Shown: positions 1 to 9,734 of the stretch, piece after piece
Layout of the letters: each line of letters starts with the position of its first letter
How positions within the stretch are numbered: the stretch's first letter is position 1
Assembly: GCA_044225505.1 (NCBI GenBank)
Contig: JBGAIN010000005.1
Coordinates: 62,001 to 126,000, forward strand
From: Limisphaerales bacterium
GTDB taxonomy: Bacteria > Verrucomicrobiota > Verrucomicrobiia > Limisphaerales > SIBE01
Reading direction: 5' to 3'
DNA length: 64,000 nucleotides
Notes under the pieces: model-generated
Seen by the model: the letters and a program-made list of their open reading frames with translations, nothing else
What the model was told of the DNA's origin: nothing
Databases searched by the model: none
Program-made: the position numbers and the translations under genes

Positions 1-2333
1 ATCTCTGGCGCCAGGGCAAAGAAGTTTTGACTCAAGAAGACATCTTCGTTTCCGTCGCCATCGAGGTCGCCGATACTCACGCCAAAGGCCGGGGCGAACT
101 GGGCCTCGACCGGCAACGGCCGCGCTTCGAAAGACGTGCCGCGATTCAGGAACAGCATCGACGTCACGGTCTGGACAGACATCACCTGCGCTGCTTTCGC
201 TCGGTCGCCCAGGATCTCCTCGACGCTCGCTCCGCCAAAGGCCTCGTGCGCTGTCATCCGTTCTCGCAGGAACGGCAACGCTCGCGCCAAGGAATCCAGG
301 CTGGCGAATGGGACTGCCTTGCCCATTTCGCGGTTCCAATACGCCTCGATCACTGCTACTCCCCCATCCCTCGCGAAATCGCCGTAGAACGTTCGGACGT
401 CGCCAGCGGCCCAATTCTGGTAACGCTGATTCCAGCCCCAGTTGCTAGCGACAATGTCCATTCGACCATCCCCGTCCAAGTCACCGGTCGCGACACCATT
501 CCACCAGCCAACAAATCGGTCCAAGCCCAATTCCTTTGTCACTTCGTGCAGCATGCCACCCCGCGTTCTGAACACCCGCAATGGGCCCCCTTCGCAAGCC
601 AGGAGGAGTTCGAGTATCCCATCGCCGTCCAAATCGCTCCAGACAGCGCCGCTCACCAATCCCAGGTTGCGAAGCCCGCGACTGTTTTCCGAGTCGAGTT
701 CCCAATGGCCGTCCACTTCCCGCAGGAGCATCGAGGAGGCCGGTTCCGGATAACGCCCGCCCACCACGCGGCCGCCGACAAATAGGACCAGGCGTCCCTG
801 CCCTTCGGGTTCCGCCCAGGCCATCGGTCCGGTGCTCGAGACTTGCCCAGGGAACGCGTCATCCACCTGAGGGGCTTGCCAGTGGAATTGCCGAACCGCT
901 GGCCCAGCCGCGACTCCATCCTCGTAGTTCGCTGATCCCGCCAGGACTGTCACTCGCCCGTTCTTTCCCTTCCAGCCTAGCAAACTGGTTTGGTCACGGG
1001 TTACGGGTTGGTTGAAAGGGGCGTCAGCGACCCGATTGAATCCTCCCTGGCCGTCATTTTTGAAAGCGGCTAATTTCCCGCCTGCACCGCTCCCCACGAT
1101 CAGGTCTTCGTGGCCATCTCCATCCAAATCGACCCAAGCCACGCCCGGGCCTAACTGACTCAGCCGCCGCTGCAACAACGGCTGACGTCCGAAGTCATCG
1201 AACGCATTCTCTTGATGCCGATGATTCAGCCGCCCGCTCACGTCTTCGAAGAACGGCCCTGGAGACGTAGCCTTTGACGGCGGATCGCTTGGGCGCGTTT
1301 CAGATTCGTCAATTTCATACACCCAATTCGGTGCCAAATCCGAAATCGCACTGGTCTTTCCCCCTCGCCACTCCACGTCGATACTCAAACGATTGGTCAT
1401 CCCGCCGGTGGCAAAGGTCCGCATCGCGTCATCGCTTGAGAGGTAACGCCCCGCTGCCATCATTTCCTGTGACTGAACCACCGGGCCGCCGCGCACCGTC
1501 AGGCGGGCGCCCGTGCCGCGAGTCAGGCCGGGACTGCCGTGCAATCGAACCGCAATGCGTGGCGCTCCGGCATTGTTTCGATAGAGCGCCGCCGGTCCAT
1601 TCAAGCGGTTGACCACGACGTCCAGATCCCCGTCATCATCGAGGTCAGCCAAGGCCATGCCTTGCGCCACACCCCGGGAATCAAATCCCCACTTCGCGCC
1701 CATCTCTTCAAACGTCAGATCCCCTCGATTCCGAAACGCCAGCAACGGCAGTTCCAGTCTCCCGAAAGCGTTCTTCAATTCCAGGATTTGGGGCACGGTC
1801 AGTTTCTGCTGCGCGATCTGCCTATTTAACATCCGTGTCCGGTCAGCATTCATGGAATCCCGCTCGTTGCCCGTCGCGATAAGGGCATCTTCGTAACCAT
1901 CCAAATCCACATCGACGAAGACAGGCGACCAGGACCATTCCGAGGCATAGAGATGGGTCAACTGCCCTATCTCCGCAAACGTGCCGTCGCCGCGATTCAG
2001 CTGCACCACATTGCGCGAATATTGCGGCCGGTTCTCCCATTCGCCCACCACCGGTGCGGGCGGCAAGATATCCGGGAGCTGATTCGCGCGCTTTCGGTGA
2101 TCGCGGCTGATCATGTCGACCACGAGAAAATCATCAAACCCATCCCGATTCACATCGGCAAAGTCCACCCCCATGGAAAAGAGAGGGGTCGTGCGCATCG
2201 CGAGCCTGGGCAGTGCCCGGAAAAAACCTTTGCCATCGTTGATCCACAGCCGGTCTGGCGAACTGAAATCATTGCAGACGTAAAGGTCCGGCGCCCGATC
2301 TCGGTTGATGTCGCGGAAGGTCACGGACAATCC
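1..2333 (-). CDS. FG-GAP/VCBS repeat + ASPIC/UnbV (CRTAC1-like) protein, paralog B, downstream part; runs off the left edge
   Basis: Manual minus-strand translation is open from about 2333 to base 1 (GLSVTFRDINRDRAPDLYVCNDF ... ADLDDDGDLDVVVN ... GGPVVQSQEMMAAGRYLSSDD ... GDLDGDGNEDVFLSQNFF) and is colinear with the 3178..6585 protein. Probably absent from the ORF track because it has no stop in the window. Confidence 0.88.
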
Positions 2334-3181
2334 GCGAACTTTCCCTGCCCGTCGTTGAGGTAAAGTGCATCCGGTTCGCCGTGTTCAATCACTTTGCCGT
2401 TCGGGTCCAGCTCAAAACGTCCGATCAGATCCGGTTCACTTACTGAGCGTCCATTGACCTGGGTAACGACCGGTTTGCCAGTCGAGGTGCTCACCCGGAA
2501 TCGCGTGTTGGGTTGGTCTCGGATCGAGATCATCCGATAATTGGCAATGTACAAATCCAGATCCCCATCGCCATCGATATCGGCCAACGCCATCGACATC
2601 CCAGCCCGGTTGACATTGAGCGGAGTTTGCCCGGTCCGCGTGAAGTGACCTTGACCGTCATTGAAAAATACCAAGGTTCCCTGTCCGATCGAGCTGACCA
2701 ATAGATCGACATCCCCGTCGCCATCCAAATCGGCCAAAGCCGCGCTAGTGGCGGCAAAGTTGGTCAACTCGACCCCCGAAGCGGATGAGATGTCGTTAAA
2801 TTTCCAATTCCCCAAATTGCAGAAGAGCGTGCTGGGAGTCTCAAGACCGCAGATGAAGATGTCGCAACGCCCGTCACCGTCGACGTCTCCCAAAGCCACG
2901 CCAGACCCGTTTAAGAATGTTTGATTGGTCGTGTAACGTGCTTTCGAAAGCTGATTGGTAAAGAGGAACCCTGTTGCCACGCCGTCCATCCGCGTGAATC
3001 CGGTCGACCCGGCCGGCGCTACCGTCAGTTCGCGCATACGATAGCCTGGTTTCTTGATCCACGCCTCAACCCCTTGCACGGGCGGCCACAGCCCTAGACT
3101 GGCCAGGAAAAGGCTAAGTCCCCACGCCCCACGGCGCAGCTGTTCGAGCGCCGGGCGCCCCATGAAACCCGCGTGACTCAT
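2321..3181 (-). CDS. Paralog B, N-terminal part (signal peptide + first FG-GAP repeats); frameshifted relative to the remainder
   Basis: ATG at 3181 overlaps the upstream stop (ATGA). Hydrophobic leader GLSLFLASLGLWPPVQG; repeats GDVDGDGRCD, ADLDGDGDVD, ADIDGDGDLD. Frame breaks after NDGQGKF at about 2334. Confidence 0.85.
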   Translation of the reverse strand: MSHAGFMGRPALEQLRRGAWGLSLFLASLGLWPPVQGVEAWIKKPGYRMRELTVAPAGSTGFTRMDGVATGFLFTNQLSKARYTTNQTFLNGSGVALGDVDGDGRCDIFICGLETPSTLFCNLGNWKFNDISSASGVELTNFAATSAALADLDGDGDVDLLVSSIGQGTLVFFNDGQGHFTRTGQTPLNVNRAGMSMALADIDGDGDLDLYIANYRMISIRDQPNTRFRVSTSTGKPVVTQVNGRSVSEPDLIGRFELDPNGKVIEHGEPDALYLNDGQGKFADCP

Positions 3182-6100
3182 GGAGTTTCCACCGTCACCC
3201 GTCCGTCCCAAGCGATCGTTATCGCTTTCGCCCCCGTGGGCACCGGGGCTCGGCCGGTCTTCCCGCCTGGCCAGCGCACTTCCAGCACCGCGGCTGCACT
3301 CGGCATGGCCAGAATCTGCACGGTGGCATCTTGTGACCAGTATCCGCCGCCGCCATGGATTTCCCGCCGCGGTCCCGCTGCCTCTCCGTTTCGCCACCGT
3401 AATGCTGCTCCGAACCCATCCGGATTTCCCGGTGGCCCGATCAACCGGACCCGCAATCCAGCTTTGGCATTATGGTTATGAAACAGTTTGGTCTCCGCTC
3501 CGTTTTGAGTGACGGCCAAATCGACGCGCCCATCCTGGTCGTAGTCGGCCGCAGCGCAGCCGCGTTGTTCCCCGAACAGTTGAAGGCCACTTTCACGCCC
3601 AGGGATCGCGCGGAAATGTCCGGCGCCATCGCCCTGCAATAACAAACCCCGGCCAGCATCATACCGCGGCACCTGCGGCTGATTCCCAAAGAAGTTCTGA
3701 CTGAGGAAACAATCCTCGGCGCCGTCGCCATCAAAATCCGCCACCACCACGCCAAACACCGGTGCGAACTGAGCCTCGCGCGGTAATGGCACCGCCTCCA
3801 ACTTGCGTCCGCGGTTGAGGAATAACGTTGTGGCCAACGTTCCCGCCTCCAGCACCTTCGGCGGGGGCGCGTTGCTCCCAAACAAGTCCGTCACACTCGC
3901 CTCGCTGTAAGCGCGGTGAGTCGGGAATTTTTCGGTCAGCGCTGGCATCGCTTGCACGATCGAATTACGGTCGCGGTCCGGGATCCACCTCTTGAGGGTG
4001 GCCTCGAAGTGAGACTCAATCAAGTCTACCGTCCCGTTCCCGTCAAAATCTCCGTAGTAAAGACGCCGTGCGTCCCCTGCTCCACGATAGGAAGTGTTTA
4101 AACCCCAGTTCCCAACGAGCAGATCCATTCGCCCGTCTCCGTCAAAATCGCCAGCTTGCACGCCCGTCCACCATCCCACGCTCTGCTCGAGGCCCCAGGC
4201 TGCGGTCACTTCCCGCAACTTCCCACCTTCAACTTTATAGACACGCACGGGTCCCCATTCGCAGGCCAGGACGAGCTCGGGCACTCCATCGTCGTCGAGA
4301 TCCGTCCAAACAGCCCCTGCCACTAAACCCACATTCCGCAACACCTCCGTGTTCACGTCGTCGATCACCCAGCGTTCTCCCTCACGGCGCAACAAGAGCG
4401 AAGACGCAGGCTCAGGATAACGCCCGGGAATCACCCGGCCACCGACGAAGAGCCGGAGCACACCGGATCCATCCCAGTCCACCAAAGCGAGAGGCCCGCT
4501 TGTGGATAGCTGCCCCATCCCATCATCGTCCGGCTTCAGCGCACCTGCCGTATATTGGCGGACGCTGCAACCCACTGCCAAACCGTCCTCATAATTGGCT
4601 GACCCCGCCAGCACTACGGCCTTGCCCGAGGTGTTGCGAAATGCCACTAGCCCAGTCTGATCGCGCGTCACGGGTTGGCGAAATGACGGTTCGGATCCCT
4701 GGCCAAAACCCTCTGGACCTCGATTCTGGAACAGTCCCAAACGCCCGCCTTTGCCACTGCCCACGATCAAATCGTCCCGACCGTCGCCATCGATATCAAA
4801 CCAGGCGATCCCCGGGCCCAATTGGCTCAAGCGTCGCGGCAAGAGAGGCTGACGGACGAAATCGTCATAGCGCATCTCGTGATGCACGTGTTGCAGCAAA
4901 GGGCTGACATCTTCAAACCAGACGCCCGCCCGCCCGGCCCGGTCCGCTGCTTCCTCCGTCCGCGCGCCCTCCGCCTCCTCCGCGCGTCTCGCGAAGCGCT
5001 CGTCGATGTCGTACTCGCAGTTAGGACGCGCCTCCTCCACCACCGAGCGCATTCCGTTCCGCCAAACCACCTCGATCCTCATCCGCCGTGCCGTGCCCGC
5101 CGCAAATACCCGCATCGCTTCGTCCCCAGAAAGATATCGCCCTCCACAGATCATTTCCTGCTTTTGCACTACTGGCCCTCCGGAGACCTCGATTCGCGCA
5201 CCGATTCCGTGGGTATTGGGCGAATTCCCTTTCAAACGGACGGCCACGCGTGTTCCCGGACTCTCGTTACGATAAACACCCAACGCCCCATTGAGATTAT
5301 TGACGACGACGTCCAGGTCGCCATCGTTATCCAGGTCGGCCAGGATCATCCCATGCCCAACCCCAACCTGGTCGAAACCCCAGCGAGCGCCCGCCGGCTC
5401 GAAGGTTAGGTCACCTCGATTCCTCAGAGCCACCTTGGCCTGCGGCAATCGCGGAAAAAGCAGAAGTTTCTTCGGAATTTGTTCGCGGCGCCAAGGCCCC
5501 TTGGACTGAATGATGGCTTCCGCATCCAGGTCTTGCGTATCGAAAAGATGACCGGTCGCACAGAGCAAGTCTTCAAAGCCGTCCAGATCGACGTCCACCA
5601 ACGCCGCGGACCAGGTCCAATCGGTCGCATCCACCCGAGCGAACTGGGCGATCTCCTCATAGGTCCCATCCCCTCGGTTATGGTGGAGCGTGTTGCGATC
5701 CACCTGCAAACGATCGGGACCCAGTCCGACAATCGGTGGAAAAGGATCGACGGCCGCTAGTTGCATCATCCGCCGTCGATGGTCGAGGCTCAGCATGCAA
5801 GCCACGAAAATATCGTCTAGACCGTCGCGATCCAGGTCCCCCACATCCACGCACATGGAAAAAGTCGTGGTGTGCCGGAGCGCCAGCCTCGGAAGCGCGC
5901 GAAAATGGCCGTGGCCATCGTTGAGCCAGACCCTGTCCTCCGATTGAAAATCGTTGCAGACATACAAATCTGGCCACCCATCTCCGTTCAGATCGCGAAA
6001 CATGGCGGATAACCCCCAATCGAGCGGCGCTTTGCTCAGGGGCACTCCCCGCTCGTCGACAAACGTTCCGTCCGTCCACGACATCGGCGTGAAATGCCCC

Positions 6101-6585
6101 GCTCCATCGTTTCGATAGAAGAAATGCGGTTCACCAAGCTCTAAAATCCGGCCGTCCGGCGTATACTCCAGATGATCGCGATCTTCCGGGCGAATCATCC
6201 GCTTGCCCCCCACATTCAGGACCGCAAAACCGGTCGAGCGGATGGTCGTGCTGCGGTAGTTCGCCACGTAGAGATCAAGGTCTCCATCCCCGTCCACGTC
6301 CGCCAGGGTCATCGACGTCCCCGCATACTTCGGGACCAAGCCGGCATCCGTGGCTGCCGCAAAATGCCCGTTGCCATCATTGAGAAACCCGCGCGTCCCA
6401 ACGCCTATCCCTGTCACCAGCAAATCGAGGTCCCCATCTCCGTCCAGGTCCGCCAAGACCGCCCCGGACGAGTATTGATTGGCGCATCTCACGCCCGCAG
6501 CGTCCGTCATATCCACGAACTTCCAATTCCCCAAATTCCGGAAAAGCCTGTTCCCCCCTTCCAAGCCGCACACATAAAGGTCACA
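3178..6585 (-). CDS. FG-GAP/VCBS repeat + ASPIC/UnbV (CRTAC1-like) protein, paralog A, main part
   Basis: 1131-aa ORF with many DxDGDGxxD Ca-binding blades, an internal ASPIC/UnbV motif (GIGARIEV...GGRYLSGDE...EVVWRNG) and a second C-terminal one (GGGYWSQD...EVRWPGG). Confidence 0.92.
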   Translation of the reverse strand, partial: CDLYVCGLEGGNRLFRNLGNWKFVDMTDAAGVRCANQYSSGAVLADLDGDGDLDLLVTGIGVGTRGFLNDGNGHFAAATDAGLVPKYAGTSMTLADVDGDGDLDLYVANYRSTTIRSTGFAVLNVGGKRMIRPEDRDHLEYTPDGRILELGEPHFFYRNDGAGHFTPMSWTDGTFVDERGVPLSKAPLDWGLSAMFRDLNGDGWPDLYVCNDFQSEDRVWLNDGHGHFRALPRLALRHTTTFSMCVDVGDLDRDGLDDIFVACMLSLDHRRRMMQLAAVDPFPPIVGLGPDRLQVDRNTLHHNRGDGTYEEIAQFARVDATDWTWSAALVDVDLDGFEDLLCATGHLFDTQDLDAEAIIQSKGPWRREQIPKKLLLFPRLPQAKVALRNRGDLTFEPAGARWGFDQVGVGHGMILADLDNDGDLDVVVNNLNGALGVYRNESPGTRVAVRLKGNSPNTHGIGARIEVSGGPVVQKQEMICGGRYLSGDEAMRVFAAGTARRMRIEVVWRNGMRSVVEEARPNCEYDIDERFARRAEEAEGARTEEAADRAGRAGVWFEDVSPLLQHVHHEMRYDDFVRQPLLPRRLSQLGPGIAWFDIDGDGRDDLIVGSGKGGRLGLFQNRGPEGFGQGSEPSFRQPVTRDQTGLVAFRNTSGKAVVLAGSANYEDGLAVGCSVRQYTAGALKPDDDGMGQLSTSGPLALVDWDGSGVLRLFVGGRVIPGRYPEPASSLLLRREGERWVIDDVNTEVLRNVGLVAGAVWTDLDDDGVPELVLACEWGPVRVYKVEGGKLREVTAAWGLEQSVGWWTGVQAGDFDGDGRMDLLVGNWGLNTSYRGAGDARRLYYGDFDGNGTVDLIESHFEATLKRWIPDRDRNSIVQAMPALTEKFPTHRAYSEASVTDLFGSNAPPPKVLEAGTLATTLFLNRGRKLEAVPLPREAQFAPVFGVVVADFDGDGAEDCFLSQNFFGNQPQVPRYDAGRGLLLQGDGAGHFRAIPGRESGLQLFGEQRGCAAADYDQDGRVDLAVTQNGAETKLFHNHNAKAGLRVRLIGPPGNPDGFGAALRWRNGEAAGPRREIHGGGGYWSQDATVQILAMPSAAAVLEVRWPGGKTGRAPVPTGAKAITIAWDGRVTVETP

Positions 6586-6826
6586 CGAGTTCGTCCGAGA
6601 GAGTGTTGGTAAATGTCAGTCCTGTCAGAGACGGCGTCAGCAATGTAAACCCAGAGTTCCCTTGCCCAGGCCCGGGCAACTCGGCGAATCGTCCCTGTGG
6701 CATGGATTGCCAATGGAAAGCGCTGGCGGTCGCCGACCCACTGGTGACCGCGGCCAGGCCGAGCCAATAGAGGAATGCACGCCATACCGGCGTGTTCCTG
6801 CACCTATTCCCTTGATCGGTGGCCAT
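6581..6826 (-). CDS. Paralog A, N-terminal fragment (signal peptide), separated by a deletion/frameshift
   Basis: Signal-like AFLYWLGLAAVTSGSATASA followed by GFTLL...TGLTFTNTLS, which aligns to GFTRM...TGFLFTNQLS of paralog B. Confidence 0.8.
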   Translation of the reverse strand: MATDQGNRCRNTPVWRAFLYWLGLAAVTSGSATASAFHWQSMPQGRFAELPGPGQGNSGFTLLTPSLTGLTFTNTLSDELV

Positions 6827-7144
6827 GGTGAAACCGCATTCTTCCTAAACCGTTCCGAAGAACAACTTTTTATTCGGAACATCAAGGTGAGCGAGCCCCT
6901 TGAGGTCGGTAGCATCCCATTCGCCTGGAGCGGCATCGTATCGGCATCGGCAAATGTCTCACACTTCGAGAACAAATTGCCGACGAAGGATGCGTCATTT
7001 GTTCCCTTCCTGCGGCTGCCGGCCTTGGTCAGCTCGCGAAAAGGGTCGGAGGACCGATCAGGGCTGGGAGCATTCCGGGTGGCGGTTGGATCGGACCAAC
7101 GCGGGTGCTATGCCCGACCAACCCCACACCAAGGCCGCTCCGCG

Positions 7145-7188
7145 ACCGGCGTTGCACCGGCCTTGCACCGGCGTTGCACCGGCCTTGC
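7145..7188. repeat. Tandem repeat, 4 x 11 bp (ACCGGC[G/C]TTGC)
   Basis: accggcgttgc accggccttgc accggcgttgc accggccttgc, read directly. Confidence 0.9.
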
Positions 7189-7388
7189 CTCGAATGTTCC
7201 CCGAACCGGCCCGCTCCAGCCCCCAGTATCGGCACCCTCACGCGCTCGATCGCCCCGCGAGGTCCGACTTCGCGCGTTCCACGCTGGGGATGGCCGCTCC
7301 GCTGCGGTCACGAAATGTCGCACACTCTGGGAGCAAACTGCTCTGCTTCAAGGCCTCTGATCGGAGTCCGAAAAAAGCTTGGCGACCT

Positions 7389-7415
7389 TGTCCAAAAGGC
7401 GTTTCCTCGTTCGTC
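7389..7415 (+). promoter_or_regulatory. Putative ECF sigma promoter (TGTC-N19-CGTC)
   Basis: TGTCCAAA...CGTTCGTC ends about 30 bp upstream of the VOC ATG; resembles ECF41/42-type TGTC/CGTC promoters. Confidence 0.4.
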
Positions 7416-7444
7416 ATTCCTTGGACACCAGTTCCGATAATCCT

Positions 7445-7891
7445 ATGAACACACCAAACAACACACCCGCGTCCAGTATCCAACCTTACTTGTTCTTCGA
7501 TGGCAAATGCGACGAGGCGCTTGCGTTTTACAAAGAAACGCTTGGCGCCGAAGTGGTTATGCTCATGCGATTCAAAGATAGTCCCGAGCCGCAAGGGGGA
7601 GGGGGATGCGCGCCCGGTTCGGGCGACAAGGTCATGCATGCGACTCTCCGCATCGGCAACACGATTCTCCTGGCCTCGGACGGACGCTGCACAGGGCACC
7701 CACGATTCGAAGGCATCTCCCTGTCGCTGACCGTTCCCAATGAGGCGGAAGCAGAACGGAGTTTCGCAGCGCTCAGCAAGGGTGGACAAGTGCAGATGCC
7801 GATGACCAAGACCTTCTTCTCGCCACGGTTTGGAATGGTCGCAGACCGGTTTGGCGTCTCGTGGATGGTTTACGTGGCACCCGCCCACTGA
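7445..7891 (+). CDS. VOC family protein, PhnB/YjdN-like
   Basis: IQPYLFFDGKCDEALAFY...KVMHATLRIG...FFSPRFGMVADRFGVSWMV signature. Confidence 0.9.
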   Translation: MNTPNNTPASSIQPYLFFDGKCDEALAFYKETLGAEVVMLMRFKDSPEPQGGGGCAPGSGDKVMHATLRIGNTILLASDGRCTGHPRFEGISLSLTVPNEAEAERSFAALSKGGQVQMPMTKTFFSPRFGMVADRFGVSWMVYVAPAH

Positions 7892-7899
7892 GCACGGCT

Positions 7900-8448
7900 A
7901 TGATCAAGAAGATCTTTCTCGGGCTCGCGGGTCTGCTGGTGGTGTTCCTCGTGATCGTGGCCATGCAGCCCTCGGAGTTCAAAATCACCCGCGCCACGAC
8001 CATGACCGCGCCGCCACCCGCGGTCTTTTCACTGGTCAACGACTTCCATCGTTGGGAGGCCTGGTCGCCCTGGGCCAAACTCGACCCGGAAATGAAGCAA
8101 ACTTACGCTGGCCCGCCGGTAGGAACGGGCTCGGTCTACAGCTGGGCGGGCAACAAACAGGTGGGTGAAGGGCGAATGACTCTCCTGGAAAGCCGCGCGA
8201 GCGACCTAATTCGCATCCAACTGGAGTTTCTTAAGCCTTTCGCAGCGGTCAACCTGACAGAGTTCGCCTTTCAACCCTCCGGCAACGGGACGACGGTCAC
8301 GTGGAATATGGTTGGAACAAACAACTTCATCGCCAAGGCGGCTTGCCTTTTCATGAACATGGACAAAATGGTCGGGGGTGACTTCGAAAAGGGCTTGGCC
8401 CAGATGAAAGCACTGGTCGAAACGCCTCCTTCAGTCCCATCCAAGTAG
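7900..8448 (+). CDS. SRPBCC (polyketide cyclase-like) family protein with N-terminal anchor
   Basis: VNDFHRWEAWSPWAKLDP...YSWAGNKQVGEGRM...MDKMVGGDFEKGLAQMK. Confidence 0.9.
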   Translation: MIKKIFLGLAGLLVVFLVIVAMQPSEFKITRATTMTAPPPAVFSLVNDFHRWEAWSPWAKLDPEMKQTYAGPPVGTGSVYSWAGNKQVGEGRMTLLESRASDLIRIQLEFLKPFAAVNLTEFAFQPSGNGTTVTWNMVGTNNFIAKAACLFMNMDKMVGGDFEKGLAQMKALVETPPSVPSK

Positions 8449-8616
8449 ATTCGTCTGATCTAAAAGAAAAAGACCTGCGTCCGGGACAAAGCGCCAGAGT
8501 CCCTGGTGCTTTAGTCTCCGGAACGCGCGCCTAGGTGGCGTTCTCGACCTTAATCGCGATCGTGCTCTTTCGCTTACTCCTCTGTCCCGCCACGGTCTTG
8601 GTTGGCACTTTTCAGA

Positions 8617-8643
8617 AAAGCGGCGGAGGGCCGCCGCACTCCA
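8617..8643. repeat. REP-like GC-rich hairpin
   Basis: AAA-GCGGCGG-AGGG-CCGCCGC-ACTCCA: 7-bp perfect stem; single copy seen in the window. Confidence 0.45.
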
Positions 8644-9185
8644 CAACCTAGCGGAGCACAGCAGATTAGTCCCTGCGCGGCAGCGCCTTGGAATGCTCCC
8701 GCTTTCTGGGCTTCGGCCATGGACGCCGGTGAGGAGGAGCAGAGGCTGGCGCAATCCTGCACCTCCCGCGAAGCAGCCGAAATGGGGCCGGTTCGTTCCC
8801 AAGGAAGCCGTTAACCCCAAGATTTGTCGCACATCTCGTCCTCAATTTGTGGACAGGATCCAGGCGTGCCGGGTATCCGAATCACCGTTTCTTCTAAGCG
8901 CCCACCGTTGAGAGTCTTGTGCATTTCGAGAGAAGTCATTCGGGGCTCCAAATCTTTTCTAAGCGCGCGGTTACCATCGGCCCTGGCTGAAGGGTTGAAC
9001 TAGTAAGCAGATGCCTTGAAATGAGACACGGCGGACAAATTTCTGGACAGGACACCAAATCGATGAATAAGATCACAGGAAATCGTTCGATGGTGGAGCA
9101 GCTCCGTGTTCCGGCTGCAAGCCCTTGGACCTGTGGATTTCACCTTCGATTTGGCCGGTCTTGATCTTAGCTGAATAACGCGGAT

Positions 9186-9494
9186 ATGGATTATCACTTC
9201 CAGTTTCGATTCAACTCGACGGCGCATTCCCTTCCCAATGTCGGCCAGCCTCGCCCAGCTCGATTCCCTGTTATTTCCGCGCCGCCTCGGCCGAAATGCA
9301 CCGGCGAGACGGTCGATGGCAACGGGCCGGCAGCGCGTGCCTCTGCGACTCCGCGACCGGAGGTCCGGCCGCAAACTAAGTGTGAGGAGAAGCTGACCAA
9401 AACGCCTACCCAGATTCAGGCTCAGGTCAAGCAACTGGAATTCTGGCTGAAGGTTTTTTCACGCTTTTGCCAGGAAGATAAAGGGCAAGAATAA
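9186..9494 (+). CDS. Hypothetical protein (102 aa)
   Basis: ATG-started ORF co-oriented with downstream genes; amphipathic C-terminal helix; no recognised family. Confidence 0.35.
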   Translation: MDYHFQFRFNSTAHSLPNVGQPRPARFPVISAPPRPKCTGETVDGNGPAARASATPRPEVRPQTKCEEKLTKTPTQIQAQVKQLEFWLKVFSRFCQEDKGQE

Positions 9495-9515
9495 CCTCGA
9501 ATCGCCGCGCCTAGG

Positions 9516-9662
9516 ATGAAAAAGTCGATTTGGATAGAGTGGGTCGAGTGGGGGGTCTTCGCTCTCATCGCGGTGTTTGTGGCTGGAGTGATTGCCATGC
9601 GCACCGAGATCACCTCCGCGGAGAATAATTCGACGGCGCCCGTGCAGAGCTTGGACGAATAG
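9516..9662 (+). CDS. Small single-pass membrane protein (48 aa), not in the ORF track
   Basis: MKKSIWIEWVEWGVFALIAVFVAGVIAMRTEITSAENNSTAPVQSLDE*: basic N-terminus plus a hydrophobic helix. Confidence 0.5.
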   Translation: MKKSIWIEWVEWGVFALIAVFVAGVIAMRTEITSAENNSTAPVQSLDE

Positions 9663-9734
9663 CGGCCGCGCGTTTGAACTTCCTTGGCCCGTTGCCAACC
9701 GGGCGCACGCCCATTAAGCTCTCGGCTACGAGCA

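Noticed and set aside
27..2363. Long + strand ORFs (27..785, 1953..2363 and similar ones across the window)
   Set aside because: Antisense shadows of GC-rich genes; the opposite strand carries clear family motifs.
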